Shown here: piece by piece, positions 19,710-28,096 of the stretch
How positions within the stretch are numbered: position 1 is the first letter of the stretch
How the letters are laid out: every line of letters starts with the position of its first letter
DNA from: Verrucomicrobiales bacterium
GTDB lineage: Bacteria > Verrucomicrobiota > Verrucomicrobiia > Verrucomicrobiales > V1-33
Reading direction: 5' to 3'
NCBI GenBank assembly: GCA_031411295.1
Contig: JANOAV010000161.1
Location: forward strand, 15,822 to 79,821
DNA length: 64,000 nucleotides
The notes under the pieces: generated by a model
The model's database searches: none
What the model saw: the letters and a program-made list of their open reading frames with translations, nothing else
What the model was told of the DNA's origin: nothing
Made by a program: the position numbers and the translations under genes

Positions 19710-21047
19710 CTACGGATTCGGAGCAGGGTAATGTTGATTGATGTAATCGGCCGATTCCGCTGCCTCATTGGCCGCGCGTTGAGAAACGGTGGGCTGGAAT
19801 CCTTCTGGGGCATTGGCTGTCCCTTGGAAATTGAAACCCCAACCGAAATTTCTGAAATTCCAGCGATCCATTGGCAGCATGCTGGGAGCCACTTCAGAAA
19901 TACCTGCCGGTATGGCATAGGCAGTGCCAAACTGTGAACTTAGGCCGGGAATGAGCAGGCGACGCGTTGTTTCCGTGTGACAACTAACACAGTCTGTGGA
20001 GCGCGTATTGACGATCTTGGGGTTCGCCACGATGTCTGGAATGTCCCGCATTTGCCAATGACCTGTGGCGGGATCCGTGGCGTTAGGGAACAACGGCTTC
20101 TGGAATTGATTCTGTGGCAGCGTGGGAAACAACGCAGCCGTGCTAGTGGATGGAAGCGAGAGGGCAGGCCCCATGGCAGGCAGCACCTTCCCCTTCCCGC
20201 CGGGAAGGAAGCTAATCACTTCACTCAACGGTCCCGCTGGCGTGAAATTGCCACTGATGCCAGTGCGGTTGACCTTGTTATTGACGGTATCCACGGACAC
20301 TTTGAAGAATACCCATGGCTCAAAGGCTCCAGGAATCCCCATAAACGAAATGGCCCCCGCTTGATGCGAGTCCAAGTGGGGACTCGAAAGATGTTTCCGG
20401 ATGAGTTCCCGCAATTTTCCAGTGAGCACTGCGGGATTGGGCGCGAAGCCCGGGTGCACCTGCAATTTGCTTTGCTCAGGACTCAACGTTAGGTTCAGGC
20501 TCCGTTTGATCTCCCGCACATCCGCCAGAATGGCACCGAAGGCCGCACGGTCTGGTTTCACGGGCTGATCCGGTTGCAAAGGCATCACGTAATTGAAGAC
20601 CACGTGGATCGTAAAATCATGCACCTCCACATCGTTTCCGCTGGTCGTGACTGGCTGCACAATCAAGCGCACACCCGGGACCTCCGCCTGAGCCAAGGCT
20701 GCAGGGTGGCTTCCCAGCGCAGTGGGATTGATTCTGATCCCGGCAATTTTCCAGTGCTTCGGATCCTTGAATTGATCATCCGGGAAGCTGATGCCATCAA
20801 CAGAAACGGCCTCCGCCATCAACGCCTTGAAAAGACCGTCTGACATAATCGGGCCGTCCGCCGCTTGATCCGCTAGAGAGATCAGGGCATCTGCCTCTGC
20901 GGCACTCTGCGGCACCGGCCATAGGAAAGACACATCATTGACGTCCAAACTTCCGGCCTTCAGGTTCGTTCCGGTTGCGAACAAACCTAGCATTGTCATG
21001 AAGGATTTAAGGATCAGGGTTATCGGGCGACGGGCAATGTTGTGCAT
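19710..21047 (-). CDS. Exported protein with single CxxCH heme-binding motif
   Basis: Signal-like N-terminus, then LDVNDVSFLWP, DCVSCHTET, NFRNFGW, VSQRAANE. Confidence 0.75.
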   Translation of the reverse strand: MHNIARRPITLILKSFMTMLGLFATGTNLKAGSLDVNDVSFLWPVPQSAAEADALISLADQAADGPIMSDGLFKALMAEAVSVDGISFPDDQFKDPKHWKIAGIRINPTALGSHPAALAQAEVPGVRLIVQPVTTSGNDVEVHDFTIHVVFNYVMPLQPDQPVKPDRAAFGAILADVREIKRSLNLTLSPEQSKLQVHPGFAPNPAVLTGKLRELIRKHLSSPHLDSHQAGAISFMGIPGAFEPWVFFKVSVDTVNNKVNRTGISGNFTPAGPLSEVISFLPGGKGKVLPAMGPALSLPSTSTAALFPTLPQNQFQKPLFPNATDPATGHWQMRDIPDIVANPKIVNTRSTDCVSCHTETTRRLLIPGLSSQFGTAYAIPAGISEVAPSMLPMDRWNFRNFGWGFNFQGTANAPEGFQPTVSQRAANEAAESADYINQHYPAPNP

Positions 21048-21248
21048 AGCAATATGGATGGTAAGATTTATCTAATCGAAATAAGCCCCAGACTTGAGGC
21101 CTCCTTGATAATTCGGGATTTCTTGAAAAACGTTACAAAATATCTTGCTCGGACCACAGAATTTGCTGAATGCATGCCAAACGGAAGCCGGTTATCTCCG
21201 TGGATGCGGGGGTGCCCAAAATGCAAATTCCAGGGCAGAATCGACGTC

Positions 21249-22037
21249 ATGATTAGATTTGCCTTCCACAGTTACCTGCTTGCTCTTGTTTCCTGCTGCC
21301 TTGTTACCACTGCTTCAGCCGATGTCGGCGTCGGAGCCAAGCCGTTGCCAGGAGCGGAAGTGATTATCGACGGCACCAAGGAAATGTTGGATGCCAAATG
21401 GATCTACTGGGAAGGGCCCGGCTTCAAATCCGCCATGCCGATCAAATGGAAGATCGTGGATGATCCCGTGGATGCCGGCAAGACCGCCCTCATGACCGAC
21501 GATCGCGTGGCCGACGGCGGGAAATATGGCTCCGCAGACATCGTCACCAAAAAGGAATATCGCGACTTCCGGCTGCACATCGAATTTCTGGTGATGAAGC
21601 CCGGTGGCAACAGTGGCGTTTACCTCCAGAATCGTTACGAAATCCAGATCGTGGATGGCCAGAAGGATTCCCACGGGATGGGCGCGGTGATCAATGAAAC
21701 GCCCTCTCCCTACGACTCCTACCTCGGCATCGGAAAATGGAATTCCTACGACATCAACTTCCGGGCGGCTCGATTCAAGGACGGCAAACTCACCGAGAAG
21801 GCGCAAGTCACCATTTACTTCAACGGTAAAAAGGTCCACCTCAACCAATCCATCAACCAAGTCTGGGGCGGCCCCAAATCTGGCATGGACGGCGGCAACG
21901 ACGGCGGTAAAGGCATCACCGACAAGCCCGGCGGCCTCAAACTCCAGTGCGAAGGCCACGACGTGCGCTACCGCAATGCTTGGATCCTGGAGACCGACCT
22001 CAAGGAAGCCAAGACCGACTTTTCCGACAAAGAATAG
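21249..22037 (+). CDS. DUF1080 / 3-keto-disaccharide hydrolase domain protein
   Basis: Signal peptide, YRDFRLHIEF, GNSGVYLQNRYEIQIVD, LQCEGHDVRYRNAWI. Confidence 0.92.
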   Translation: MIRFAFHSYLLALVSCCLVTTASADVGVGAKPLPGAEVIIDGTKEMLDAKWIYWEGPGFKSAMPIKWKIVDDPVDAGKTALMTDDRVADGGKYGSADIVTKKEYRDFRLHIEFLVMKPGGNSGVYLQNRYEIQIVDGQKDSHGMGAVINETPSPYDSYLGIGKWNSYDINFRAARFKDGKLTEKAQVTIYFNGKKVHLNQSINQVWGGPKSGMDGGNDGGKGITDKPGGLKLQCEGHDVRYRNAWILETDLKEAKTDFSDKE

Positions 22038-22170
22038 GCCGCCGCAGGAAAAGCAGGTGGCAGCAGTCCGCTGGACTGCGCAACAGCAGCCCATGCGATT
22101 GACAAGGAAACTCATGACATGTTCGTGAGCTTGGCTCCTCTCCGCTCCGCACAGGGCCAACATTTCCTGC

Positions 22171-22335
22171 ATGCAAAACCACCGCTTCACCCTCGTCTTC
22201 CTTCTCATCCTGCTGCTGGTGGTTCCACTCTGCCTGATCATGCTGCCGCTGGCAGGACTGGGAATCGGCCTGCTGTTTGGAGTGATCCTCTGCAGCCTGG
22301 CCGTCTTCCTTTACCGCTGGAAGATGGGGCCCTGA
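22171..22335 (+). CDS. Small two-TM membrane protein (54 aa, not in ORF track)
   Basis: MQNHRFTLVFLLILLLVVPLCLIMLPLAGLGIGLLFGVILCSLAVFLYRWKMGP* with GC3-rich codons. Confidence 0.55.
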   Translation: MQNHRFTLVFLLILLLVVPLCLIMLPLAGLGIGLLFGVILCSLAVFLYRWKMGP

Positions 22336-22493
22336 ACTGATTTACAAACCTGCTGGTCACGAGAACGACCTTGTCGGCGTGAGGCTCTCGCTGCGTGAAG
22401 AACGACCCCAAGCTCAGCGCAGGCGTCCAGAAAGTCAGCGCAATAATCGCAGCGCAGGCGACACCAAGCAACTGGCAGAGAGTCCCTGCTGAG

Positions 22494-22621
22494 CACCAAC
22501 TTCAAAGAGCACACAATCCTATCAGCGGGAGCGCACTTCGATCACGGGTTTTGGGGTTGAATTACGGAGGAGCATGTAAACAGAGCGGCTGATAGGTTGC
22601 TGTGTCTCGACCCGATTCTGC
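22494..22621 (-). mobile_element. attC-like integron cassette recombination site
   Basis: Minus strand, ~10 bp after the DUF4375 stop: GCAGAAT ... GAGACACAGCAACCTATCAGC [spacer] GCTGATAGGATTGTGTGCTC ... GTTGGTG. This is an imperfect 128-bp palindrome with bulged bases and a terminal GTT core. Confidence 0.65.
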
Positions 22622-22631
22622 GTCTTGGTTT

Positions 22632-24083
22632 TCATCGAAAACTGTCGGGATTGGCGAGGACGAATCTGGAGGCAAGAACCTCGACTACCTCCGCGCTCTT
22701 GTAGTATCGCGACTCCAGTGCTTCAAAGATGGAATCATTTTTCTTGTAAAGCTTACTCAACTGAGCCTGCCGCTTGTCTCGATTCTCAGAGGGGCCATCA
22801 GGCCCGAAAAGTGAGATCGCCTCCCTCACGACGCCAAGGCGGTCCTTGGAGCCTATCGCTTCAAGGCCAGCAAGCGCGTCCCGCCAGCGGTCCCCGCTGG
22901 AATTCACGAAGTATTGAGCCAACCCACCATTTTTGATCTCAGCGTCACACATCAACACCGCACTGTAATGCCGTTGATGGTCTGGCAATGAATCGTATCC
23001 TGATTTCTCTTCGGACTCCCAGATCCTCTTCTCAAACCCTTCGAGGCCGTGCGAGCAGAGAAGCCCAGCAGCGGCACCTTCAGCTACTCGGTTTTCGGCA
23101 TGGGTAAGTTTTGCGGACAGAAATTCGCGATCCTCAGGATTCTGCATCTGACCGAGCAAACGAAGAGCCTCTCCAAGTGCGTATTTTCGCGGATTCTTAA
23201 GGTCACTCGTATCCAACGCTGAGATCAAATCGAGCAATAGCTCTCTCTGAACTGGCACCTTTGCGTTGGCCAGCGTCTTTAGCACTTTATGAACGATGCG
23301 GGAGGCTGGCTGGAATACTTCTGAGGAAAGAAAGTAGTCTCTGGCTTGTTCTGAGTCGAAACGGTAAAGGATATCCGCTGCCTTATCTGCATTTTGGCCC
23401 TTTGCGAGAAGGTTCTTAACGTCCGAAAACAGTTCCCTCGGCACGGACTCTTCCAGCCCATCTCGATCTAAAGAGAATTCAAGTCCCATCAAGGCATAGG
23501 AGCGCACATACTCGTGCGCATCAGAGAATGCCTTCCGAACATGCGGGATGATCTCCGCTGTGCCTGTCTTGGCAATTGCCAAGGCTGCATCCTTCCGTAT
23601 CTCGTCAGACGGATCGTCTAGGAACGGTGCCAACACCGCAACCGCCTCCTTGGGCGGCGCGTCGCCCAAGATGTCACAAGCCCGGTTAAATGGGGCTTCA
23701 GGTAACAAGTCTTCGCCTGTTGGCTTTATCAGCCGAGCGTAGAGCTTCTGATCTCCCAGCAATTCTAGAATGGTAGGATGTGTCCGCTTATCTAACTCTC
23801 GAAGTATTCGAGCTTCCCCCCAGGCCTCGCTACTAGTCGGAACCTCAAGAACAAAATGCCGCGTCGCAGAGGCAACCTTATCATCACTCCAAGTCTTTGC
23901 AGCTTCGGCTGCCTCGTCGGCTTCCCTCTGAGCTTGGCTAGCGGCGTCCCAATAGTCAGGGTTTTTGACGACGTCCTTGAATCCCCAATGTGAGGATTTA
24001 CGATTCCTGACCAGCACCACGGCAATTATCGCGACAAGGCCGACCGCGATGATCCAAATGACTGGTGATGGTATGTGTCCCAT
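22632..24083 (-). CDS. HEAT-repeat + C-terminal DUF4375 (DMP19-like) protein, probable gene-cassette ORF
   Basis: N-terminal TM segment, HEAT-like LDDPSDEIRKDAALAIAK, and EIKNGGLAQYFVNSSG. Confidence 0.85.
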   Translation of the reverse strand: MGHIPSPVIWIIAVGLVAIIAVVLVRNRKSSHWGFKDVVKNPDYWDAASQAQREADEAAEAAKTWSDDKVASATRHFVLEVPTSSEAWGEARILRELDKRTHPTILELLGDQKLYARLIKPTGEDLLPEAPFNRACDILGDAPPKEAVAVLAPFLDDPSDEIRKDAALAIAKTGTAEIIPHVRKAFSDAHEYVRSYALMGLEFSLDRDGLEESVPRELFSDVKNLLAKGQNADKAADILYRFDSEQARDYFLSSEVFQPASRIVHKVLKTLANAKVPVQRELLLDLISALDTSDLKNPRKYALGEALRLLGQMQNPEDREFLSAKLTHAENRVAEGAAAGLLCSHGLEGFEKRIWESEEKSGYDSLPDHQRHYSAVLMCDAEIKNGGLAQYFVNSSGDRWRDALAGLEAIGSKDRLGVVREAISLFGPDGPSENRDKRQAQLSKLYKKNDSIFEALESRYYKSAEVVEVLASRFVLANPDSFR

Positions 24084-24086
24084 ATT

Positions 24087-24193
24087 TTTTTGCCGAACTA
24101 GTTGATCACCGACAGAAGTGTCGATTTTTGCCGAGCTTCTTTATAGGCGACAGATTTGTCGGTTTTTGCGCGCGGGAGTGATTTTATAGGCGA
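24087..24193 (-). mobile_element. attI-like site (GTTCGGC core immediately before ATG), tandemly duplicated
   Basis: GTTCGGC at 24098-24092 lies 8 nt before the cassette ATG. The 38-bp unit containing the palindrome CGACAGAAGTGTCG / CGACAGATTTGTCG occurs twice. TTATAGGCGA occurs at 24141 and 24184. Confidence 0.45.
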
Positions 24194-24365
24194 ATTTAGG
24201 TGGGATTTAGCCGCAAATGCGCGTGATAGCCAGCAGTATCGTAGATTTTCGCTTGGATGCGCGTGAATTCCCGCGGATTATGACAACGGTTTTTTTGAGT
24301 GGCTGCGGTGGGGGGGGAGTGGGTCGGACGGTAGGTTTCCCGATGGGTTTTCCTGAGGTTGGGAT

Positions 24366-24720
24366 GGTCATTGCGGATTTGTGTGGTGGCTTCCCGAGCG
24401 TTATTTTGGTCGTTGCAGATTTGTGTGGTGACTTCCCGAACGTTATTTTGGTCGTTGCGGATTTGTGTGGTGACTTCCCGAACGTTAATTTGGTCGTTGC
24501 GGATTTGTGTGGTGGCTTCCCGAACGTTAATTTGGTCGTTGCGGATTTGTGCGGTGACTTCCCGAACGTTAATTTGGTCATTCGGAATTTTCCGAGGTGC
24601 TTCCCAGACGTCAGTTTGGTCATTCGGAAATTTCCGGGGTGCTTCCCGGACGTCAGTTTGGTCGTTGGGAGTTTTCCGGGGTGCTTCCCAGACGTCAGTT
24701 TGGTCGTAGGAGATTTTGCC
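24366..24720. repeat. 42-bp tandem array, 8 full + 1 partial units, two subtypes
   Basis: Units start at 24366, 24408, 24450, 24492 and 24534 (GGTCGTTGCGGATTTGTGTGGTGACTTCCCGAACGTTAATTT type) and at 24576, 24618, 24660 and 24702 (GGTCATTCGGAAATTTCCGGGGTGCTTCCCAGACGTCAGTTT type). Confidence 0.95.
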
Positions 24721-24729
24721 TAGCATAGG

Positions 24730-25686
24730 CTAGCCGCCACTTTTCATTTTGGCGCGATGCTTCATTTCCTGATGCGCAAGGTAGTCGCTACGTCTCAGGA
24801 AGAACCATTTGTTACGATAGGAAAACCACAGGAACCAGATGAAGCCGACCCCGATTAGCGTCCGCAAGCTCCATTTCTTAAACATCGACCACCAGACCAG
24901 AGATTGCCACTGCCGCTTCTGGGTTTGGAGGAGAGGCGCCTCGACGAAACCATACGTTTCCGCCAGCTCCAGCAAATCCACGCTGGGCTCGAGACTCCCC
25001 ACGTTCGCAGTGATGATAGCCAAGCTGTAGATCAAGTCTGCCACATAGACATCCTTCGGCTTCACGAAGACGAGTCTTTCCCTTAGTTGATGCTGCAAGG
25101 CGTGCTCGATTTCTGCGATGCCACGGCTTTTGCCCTGTATGCGCACGGCATCAGTGCTGCTGAAGGAGGAGGGTAACGGGATGAGACGTTGGGGAAGGGG
25201 TTGATCTGGATGCTTGGCCGCAGCAATTTTTGCTTCCAAAATGAGGCTGTGCAGCCATTCCGTGCCCTGATGTTCACCCGGATTCCGCTCGATACCGAGG
25301 TTGATCCATTTCAGGGCGTTGCGGTTATCTCCCGCTAATTCATAGGCCGTGCCCAAGTTGGCTGCCGTGGTGGCGTTACCCGGGTGCTTGGTTTCCAGCG
25401 CGATGAGCAATTCAATGGCTGCCGCAGTTTCGCCCGCATAGATTTTATCGACCGCCACACTTTCCTCCTGTCCTACTTCGCTATCGCTCCGACCGAAAAT
25501 CTCCTTGGCAGTCATCTTGCGAGGATCCGACGCCATGGCCTCGCGAAGCCTTCGGCCGACATAGGTGTCGCCTCCGCTTGACGTGCTGTGACCATGGATG
25601 TCGGTCCCTGCGATATTGAGGCAACCGAAGCAGGGCATCGGCAGTAGCAACAGCAGCCTAATGGTGCAGGCCTTAAGCAGGTTCAT
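24730..25686 (-). CDS. Secreted TPR-containing protein with C-terminal TM helix
   Basis: Signal peptide ending ..CFG-CLN, TPR ANLGTAYELAGDNRNALKWINLGIERNP, H.GTEWLH, C-terminal TM. Confidence 0.8.
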   Translation of the reverse strand: MNLLKACTIRLLLLLPMPCFGCLNIAGTDIHGHSTSSGGDTYVGRRLREAMASDPRKMTAKEIFGRSDSEVGQEESVAVDKIYAGETAAAIELLIALETKHPGNATTAANLGTAYELAGDNRNALKWINLGIERNPGEHQGTEWLHSLILEAKIAAAKHPDQPLPQRLIPLPSSFSSTDAVRIQGKSRGIAEIEHALQHQLRERLVFVKPKDVYVADLIYSLAIITANVGSLEPSVDLLELAETYGFVEAPLLQTQKRQWQSLVWWSMFKKWSLRTLIGVGFIWFLWFSYRNKWFFLRRSDYLAHQEMKHRAKMKSGG

Positions 25687-26199
25687 GCTTGAGTAGGGGT
25701 GAGTTCTGGAAGCTGAATTTGGATGGCACGACAACTCGGGCGCTACGGTGAATGCAGTGGGTTTACAAGCGGGTTCTCCTTTGTGGCCTTCTGTTCCAGA
25801 GCTGTTTTTAGAACAGAAGGAAACGAAGGAAACGGAGCTGTGATGAGCTACGGTTTTTCTTCCATCAGCATTTGTTCCAACTGCGGATAGGGATGAAGGG
25901 GGATGGCTTGGCATTATTTTGTTACCATTATTCTGTTTCCTTTTACCGGTCTGGCTGGCGGGACGCGATGGAAACGAAGTGCCTCCCAACCAATCATATC
26001 GGTGGTCGGCTTGCATTCGTGGGAAATTGCGATTTTTCTCCCGCAGATTCAGGACGACCACGAATACCTTGGTGTCCCCTACGCTCCGTTTCAGGTCCTA
26101 AACTCCAGCTCGAGACGCCGGAAGACTTCGATGGCACGTTTTTAGTTCAGTGAAATAGTTCAGTGAAAACTGTTCTTGTGAACAGTTTCTATTGTATAC

Positions 26200-26787
26200 C
26201 TAGCCTATTTCCTCCGGCTCCTCAGCAGGCACGACGTTTTCGTAAAATGCAGCCAACGGCAATGTTAGGCCCACCGACTCTAATGTCACCAGCGCAGCGG
26301 GATAATCGATCACCTCCGCTTGCCATTCGGTTCTGCGACGGAAAATGGTGATGGCCTGAAGCTCTTGTTCCGCCAGCACGTATTCTTCCAAGCTGGGAAT
26401 GGTGATATAATGGTGGAATTTCTCCTGCCGATCTACCCGGTGCGTGCTCTTGGACAGCACTTCAATGATGAGCTTGGGGAACTTGATAAATTGAGCATGG
26501 GTATCGCGTGGATCACACCCCACCATGACGTCTGGATAATAAAAGATGTCCTGTTGAAACGCCATCATCCGTGCCTTCACATCCGACATAAACACCCGGC
26601 AGGGCTTCCCTCGTAAATGCGACCAGAGGTGGCCGAAAAAATTTCCCCCGATGGTATTATGATTCTGGGTGCCGCCAGCCATCGCGAAAACCCTGCCACC
26701 CACGTATTCATGCCGCACCACCCTTAGTGGCTCACCTTCTAAATACTCCTGCACGGTAAGGTAGTTTTGACCTTTCGGACCTCCCAT
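26200..26787 (-). CDS. Uma2 family PD-(D/E)xK endonuclease-like protein
   Basis: RHEYVGGRVFAMAGG, YYPDVMV, IIEVLSKST, DRQEK, EYVL. Confidence 0.93.
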   Translation of the reverse strand: MGGPKGQNYLTVQEYLEGEPLRVVRHEYVGGRVFAMAGGTQNHNTIGGNFFGHLWSHLRGKPCRVFMSDVKARMMAFQQDIFYYPDVMVGCDPRDTHAQFIKFPKLIIEVLSKSTHRVDRQEKFHHYITIPSLEEYVLAEQELQAITIFRRRTEWQAEVIDYPAALVTLESVGLTLPLAAFYENVVPAEEPEEIG

Positions 26788-26862
26788 AATCCGGTAAACT
26801 ACATCAGCGGTCGAGGCGCAGCAATGGAAAGTTTATGCTAGTCAAACTTTGGGTGAATTTGA

Positions 26863-27039
26863 TCACGCAGCATCAATCAGGTCGAGCACCTCTTGCTCTA
26901 CTTCGCGACTCCGAAGGAGGTCCTGCCACTCATCCGCTTCGCGTTGCCGGGCTACATAACGAATGTAATGAAGTGCCTCCAGGAACACAGGTTCGGGTTG
27001 TTGGTCGATCTCAGTAAGCAATTGATCACGGGCGGACAT
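26863..27039 (-). CDS. Small DUF2281-like antitoxin (58 aa, not in ORF track)
   Basis: MSARDQLLTEIDQQPEPVFLEALHYIRYVARQREADEWQDLLRSREVEQEVLDLIDAA*. Confidence 0.6.
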   Translation of the reverse strand: MSARDQLLTEIDQQPEPVFLEALHYIRYVARQREADEWQDLLRSREVEQEVLDLIDAA

Positions 27040-27157
27040 GTCGTCACTTACGCCAAAATCGCTTTGATTTCAAGTGGCCTCTTGTGTCTCGCGAGTTCAG
27101 CGATGGGCTTCAGACCTTCACGCCATTCATTCGCTTAAATCATTTGGCGATTCAGGT

Positions 27158-28096
27158 TCAAACGCCCTCCAAAGATCCGACGAGGATCCCGTCGCTTGAG
27201 TTATAAACCAATCCTGCCTGATCGATATATTGAGCGCCTTTATTGACAAAACACACGTGATCATGGCGCTGTCTTTCGTATTCACTCAAGACCTCGGCGG
27301 AACTCGGATTTATCTGCGTTAAGTATGAACCCTCCCATGAGTCAAATATCAGCAGGCCAGAAGTGTTGAAAACCGCCCGGATGCAGTTTGGCTTGCGCGA
27401 GGTGGGTAAGTAATGCGAAATCAATCTGCCAGCGAGATCCAGCACCCTGACCCCACAGCGGCCTTCAGCCAGTGCAACTTTATCCCCTGCGAAACCGGCA
27501 TCCACGATGGGAAAATCAGCTTTAGGAATGGCCCCAATCAAATTGCGATTTCCATCTAGCAGCACGTGCATGGTATCTCCCTTTCCCTGCATGACATCTG
27601 CAAAGCTGGCTCCGTGAAAATTTGAGCAATCCTCCAACATGATTACGGGTTTTGTGGGATGAACCCGCAGGCTGTAACCCCGCTCCGACAGCCATTTCAT
27701 TTTCCCGGTTTCAATATCCAATTCCATAATTCCATTTGGATCGGGTGGTTGGTAATCGTGCCAATACTCCTGAGGGGGATTTGCTGCCACGAAAACAGAC
27801 CCCGGGAACGCTGATGAAATCTCCACGGTGTGGATACCCAAAATGTCTGGTCGGCTCCAGAGAATTTTTCTGGATCGGTAATCGAAGCAAGTGAGCCCTG
27901 CTGTCCAAGTGCCCGAGATCAGAAGTTGGTTGATTGGATCCACGGCACACGCCCCACCCATTTCCGCCCAAGGATGCATCACTGAGGCGACATGCGAAAA
28001 ATCATCAGTTCGCCAAAGTTGGAAGCAGTCAGATCCTCTCCGGCCACCATGCACCAGCAGATCACCATACGACACCTTCAGGTCCAACAGGCTCAT
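27158..28096 (-). CDS. Hypothetical protein, possible beta-propeller
   Basis: ATG overlaps the mnmG stop (ATGA). Contains beta-strand/W repeats such as [15 protein letters not shown] and [10 protein letters not shown]. Confidence 0.6.
   Translation of the reverse strand: MSLLDLKVSYGDLLVHGGRRGSDCFQLWRTDDFSHVASVMHPWAEMGGACAVDPINQLLISGTWTAGLTCFDYRSRKILWSRPDILGIHTVEISSAFPGSVFVAANPPQEYWHDYQPPDPNGIMELDIETGKMKWLSERGYSLRVHPTKPVIMLEDCSNFHGASFADVMQGKGDTMHVLLDGNRNLIGAIPKADFPIVDAGFAGDKVALAEGRCGVRVLDLAGRLISHYLPTSRKPNCIRAVFNTSGLLIFDSWEGSYLTQINPSSAEVLSEYERQRHDHVCFVNKGAQYIDQAGLVYNSSDGILVGSLEGV

Noticed and set aside
24366..24720. CRISPR array
   Set aside because: Units are contiguous near-identical 42-mers with no unique spacers, and there are no cas genes in the window.
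26893..27138. Plus-strand 81-aa ORF
   Set aside because: The opposite strand encodes a more convincing 58-aa antitoxin-like protein.
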